A DNA stretch of 64,000 nt from Mobula hypostoma. Taxonomy: Eukaryota. The notes beneath the pieces were generated by a model. It was not told the DNA's origin and made no database searches. It saw only the letters and a list, made by a program, of their open reading frames with translations. Position numbers and translations under genes: made by a program. Numbering within the stretch: position 1 is the stretch's first letter; the number at the start of each line of letters is the position of its first letter. The DNA is taken from assembly GCF_963921235.1 (NCBI RefSeq), contig NC_086129.1:7006001-7070000 (forward strand), in the 5' to 3' direction. Positions 61,401 through 64,000 of the stretch are shown in pieces.

Positions 61401-63668
61401 CTGAGAACAGAGTGGGTTTTGTATAATGAACTAGATATGATTTGGAAGACTAAGGTAAAAGAATCTTTAGGAAGCAGTGATCATAAAATGATAGAATTCA
61501 CCCCAGAGATTGACAGGGAGATAAAGTCAGAAGTATCAGTATTAAAGGGGAGCAAAGTCAGTTACAGAGGCATGAGGAAGGGGACACCAGCAGAGATAAT
61601 TGCAGAACAACAAAGACTGGAGTTGACCGTTTGGGATGAAACCTTGCATCAGAACCCGTGTTGCTTAAGGGTCCCTGCTAATTCTCCCCCTGTCCTGACG
61701 AGGGGCTGCGGGTGATAGGGTTGTGAGAAAAGGGGACAAAGAGATCCTCATCTCCATCTTTGTCCCCCTCCAGCTTCTCGTTACGTCTACACACACAGTT
61801 CACCCACAGGCTTTCCACCCCTCCCACACCTGGTTCTGGTTCAATCTGCCGTTCATCTCTCCCCTGCTGGTTCCCATTATCACCTCCTTTACTGTCTCGA
61901 ACCTTCACACTCCCCCACTTCACACTTCACACTCACAAATGAATGTTAACATGGAATGAAGGGCCTGTTCCTGTGCTGTACTGTTCTATGTTCTCTGTTC
62001 CCTGTTCAGAAAGAATCAGAGGAGATCTCAGGGAACAAAAAAAAATATTTCAGGGCTCAACAGGCAGGATACAGGGAGGATGTTTCCCCTGTGAGGAGTC
62101 AAGGGTCAGGGGTCACCGTCTGTTTGGAATTCTCAGCACCCGTAGGGAGAGGGGGGTTGGGGGTTTTTAGCTATTCAGTTCACAGAGCCATCGCCGTTCA
62201 GCATAGAAATGTGCCATTCGACCCTTCACCTCTGTGCTGACCGATTTACCCATCTACATTCACCCCATTGACCGGCATTAGGTCAGTCTCCTTCTGTGCC
62301 TTGCCTATTGAAGTGTCTGTCCAAGTGTCTCTTAAACGCAGAGGACTGGAGGCCTGTGACCTGCAGAGGTCGGTGCTGGGTCCGCGGTTGTTTGTCATTT
62401 ATATTAATGATTTGGGTGATGTTGTAGGTGACATCGTCAGTAGGTTTGTGGATGACACTAAAATTCATGGTAGAGTGGATAGGGAAGAGGGTTATCTCTG
62501 TTTACACCGGGCCGTTGTCAGCTGTAGAGATGGGTACAGGGAGAATGTTTTAAAATACATCTTGGCAGGGACGTGGATAAGAAAAGGTGAAAGGAATAAT
62601 GGGCAAATGGGACTTGCTCATTAAAGCAAGTTAGTCGGCACGAACGAGTTGGGCCGATGGGCCTTTGTGACCTCCAGTTTAAATGGATTCTCCCACCCCT
62701 TTCCCATTTTAATCCACCGCTTTTCCGGACTCGTTTCTGCTGTCTACCTCCCCTATTTATTTCTGTTCTTGGGGGAAGATGTTGACCTGAAACGTAGACT
62801 GCCCATCTCCCTGCACACATCCTGCCTGACCCGCTCGGTTCCTCCAGCATTTTGTGTCTGCTTGATCGCGACATCTCTGCTCTCCGTCCAGCGGAAACCC
62901 CTTGGGGAGATATTAGTTGTCCATCCGCTTTGGTCGGATCAAACCACGGGAAAGGTTCGTGTCGGCCACCCGACTGCGGCAGAGGCCTTTCCACCGATCC
63001 CCGGGGCCGCGCTGCCCGAGTCTCCACCCCCCCCCCCACGATCCCCGGGGCCGCGCTGCCCGAGTCTCACCCCCGATCCCCGGACACACTCTAATTCTCT
63101 TCCTATCCCCCCAGTCTCTGTCACCCTGGATGTGGAAACGGCGAATCCGTGTCTCGAGGTGTCTGAGGAGCGGAAGAGTGTGAGACGGACCAGGAATCGG
63201 AGGAATCTCCCTGACACCGGGAAGAGATTCACAAACTGGCCTTGTGTGCTGGGATCGGAGGGATTCACATCGGGGAGACATTACTGGGAGGTGGAGGTGA
63301 CGGGAAATCGGGACTGGTGTCTGGGAGTCGCCGCAGAGTCTGTGGAGAGGAAGGGATGGTTCAGACTGAGACCGGAGACCGGATTCTGGGTCATCAGGCG
63401 GGTTGGTGACGTGTTACATCGGGATTGTGACGTGTTCAGTGTTCTCGCCTCCCCTGTGTCCCGTCTCGCTGCCGGTCCCATCCCCGGGAGGGTGGGAGTT
63501 TATCTCAATTACCAGTCCGGGACAGTTTCATTTTACAACGCGGAGACCAAGTCGCATCTCCACACCTTCACGAGGAATAAATTCACGGAGAAACTGTATC
63601 CTCTCTTCTGGCCTGGGGATGGAACCCAGTGGCTGAGAATCTGCTCCGGTTCCGCTCCGGGTCTGTAA
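49083..63668 (+). CDS. TRIM E3 ubiquitin ligase (RING-B-box-coiled coil-PRY/SPRY; TRIM39/TRIM27/A33-like), join(49083-49493,50147-50242,50665-50898,52322-52344,52432-52550,63115-63668), 478 aa
   Basis: C3HC4 RING, B-box2 and B30.2 motifs ([29 protein letters not shown]). All five introns are GT-AG with compatible phases; the 96/234/23/119-nt middle exons follow the usual TRIM pattern. No stops; AATAAA at 63735-63740. Confidence 0.93.
50147..50242 (+). CDS. TRIM coding exon 2 (96 nt, coiled coil)
   Basis: ttccag|[32 protein letters not shown]|gtgagg. Confidence 0.9.
50311..50420 (+). mobile_element. V-SINE/HE1-like SINE fragment
   Basis: B-box ggttcgatcc followed by tgtctgtgtagagtttgcatgttctccctgtgaccgcg. 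Confidence 0.6.
50665..50898 (+). CDS. TRIM coding exon 3 (234 nt, coiled coil)
   Basis: caacag|[21 protein letters not shown]...DSVIFLK|gtgagg. Confidence 0.9.
52322..52344 (+). CDS. TRIM coding exon 4 (23 nt)
   Basis: tttcag|gaggaagctcgacggaacagggg|gtagga. Confidence 0.85.
52432..52550 (+). CDS. TRIM coding exon 5 (119 nt linker)
   Basis: ttacag|[39 protein letters not shown]|gtaaaa. Confidence 0.85.
53000..59135 (+). mobile_element. Degraded CR1 LINE (53000-55642 plus 58840-59135) in TRIM intron 5
   Basis: ORF1 esterase [29 protein letters not shown] and RT remnants; split at tttagaaagat|gaggggggatctc. Confidence 0.85.
55643..58839 (-). mobile_element. Rex1/Babar-like LINE, about 3.2 kb, APE plus RT with internal deletions
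   Basis: [75 protein letters not shown]. Tail aataaagtataaagt; agat at both junctions. Confidence 0.88.
59504..59527. repeat. (AC)12 microsatellite
   Basis: Direct reading. Confidence 0.95.
60176..60797 (+). mobile_element. CR1 3' fragment
   Basis: [29 protein letters not shown] and a CR1 3' end. Confidence 0.88.
60890..61620 (+). mobile_element. Degraded CR1 APE-domain fragment
   Basis: [41 protein letters not shown]. Confidence 0.8.
63115..63668 (+). CDS. TRIM coding exon 6 (PRY/SPRY, B30.2)
   Basis: ccccag|[12 protein letters not shown]...[13 protein letters not shown]...[18 protein letters not shown]...LYPLFWP...*. Confidence 0.93.
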
Positions 63669-64000
63669 ACGGGTCGGGTCCCGGGACCGACGTCAGGAGT
63701 AAACTCCCTGTAAATATAAATGTGCGGAGAGTGAAATAAACACGAGATGAGAATTATCAATGCGTTAATTTCAACTCGTTCACCGTATCCGACAACGGAA
63801 CAGAAACACCGCGGATTCAGCAGCAGCCTCGGGCCGGCGGGTCCTGAGCTCCCCCGGGTCCTAAAGTCCACTCGCACTGAGACAGGTTAAACGGGACAAG
63901 TGGGGGCCGTGCTGACTGGAAAAGAGGGGGCCGTGCTGACTGGAAAAGACAGTGAAGATTGATGCAATGTGTTCATTAAGTTCATCTGCCATTTCTTTGT

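Noticed and set aside
62649-63114. N-terminal 155 aa of the 339-aa ORF as part of a stand-alone SPRY protein
   Set aside because: Intron sequence (Penelope-derived and GC repeats) that happens to be open. A good acceptor at 63114 joins exon 5 in the correct phase.

Overview
Vertebrate genomic DNA, about two-thirds transposon-derived. The repeat families and gene types point to a cartilaginous fish, probably a ray (inference). Genes: (i) a two-exon GPR139/GPR142-like class A GPCR pseudogene (360-2658, +); (ii) a head-to-head pair of paralogous tandem C2H2 zinc-finger genes, one intact with 11 fingers (18790-19812, -) and one decaying (31766-32437, +), each with an NRF1-motif CpG promoter, plus two more ZNF remnants at 35.3-36.1 kb; (iii) an intact six-coding-exon RING/B-box/coiled-coil/PRY-SPRY TRIM gene (49083-63668, +; 478 aa when spliced by hand). 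The rest is nested retroelements: many CR1 copies, Rex1/Babar, Crack/L2-group, Tx1-like, HERO-like and R4/Dong-like restriction-like-endonuclease (RLE) LINEs, Penelope fragments with minimal hammerhead-ribozyme motifs, tRNA-derived SINEs and a solo LTR with target-site duplication (TSD), plus several mini- and microsatellites and one 138-N assembly gap. I cannot demonstrate a new biological system here. The best leads are a CpG/CCAAT/NF-kB promoter flanked by an inverted duplication that puts a splice donor on each strand (45.9-47.1 kb), the Penelope-derived hammerhead motifs, the inverted-duplicated ZNF pair and a HERO fragment ending in (GAA)17 inside a CR1. Repeat boundaries are approximate unless a TSD is quoted, and all family calls come from motif recognition, not database searches.
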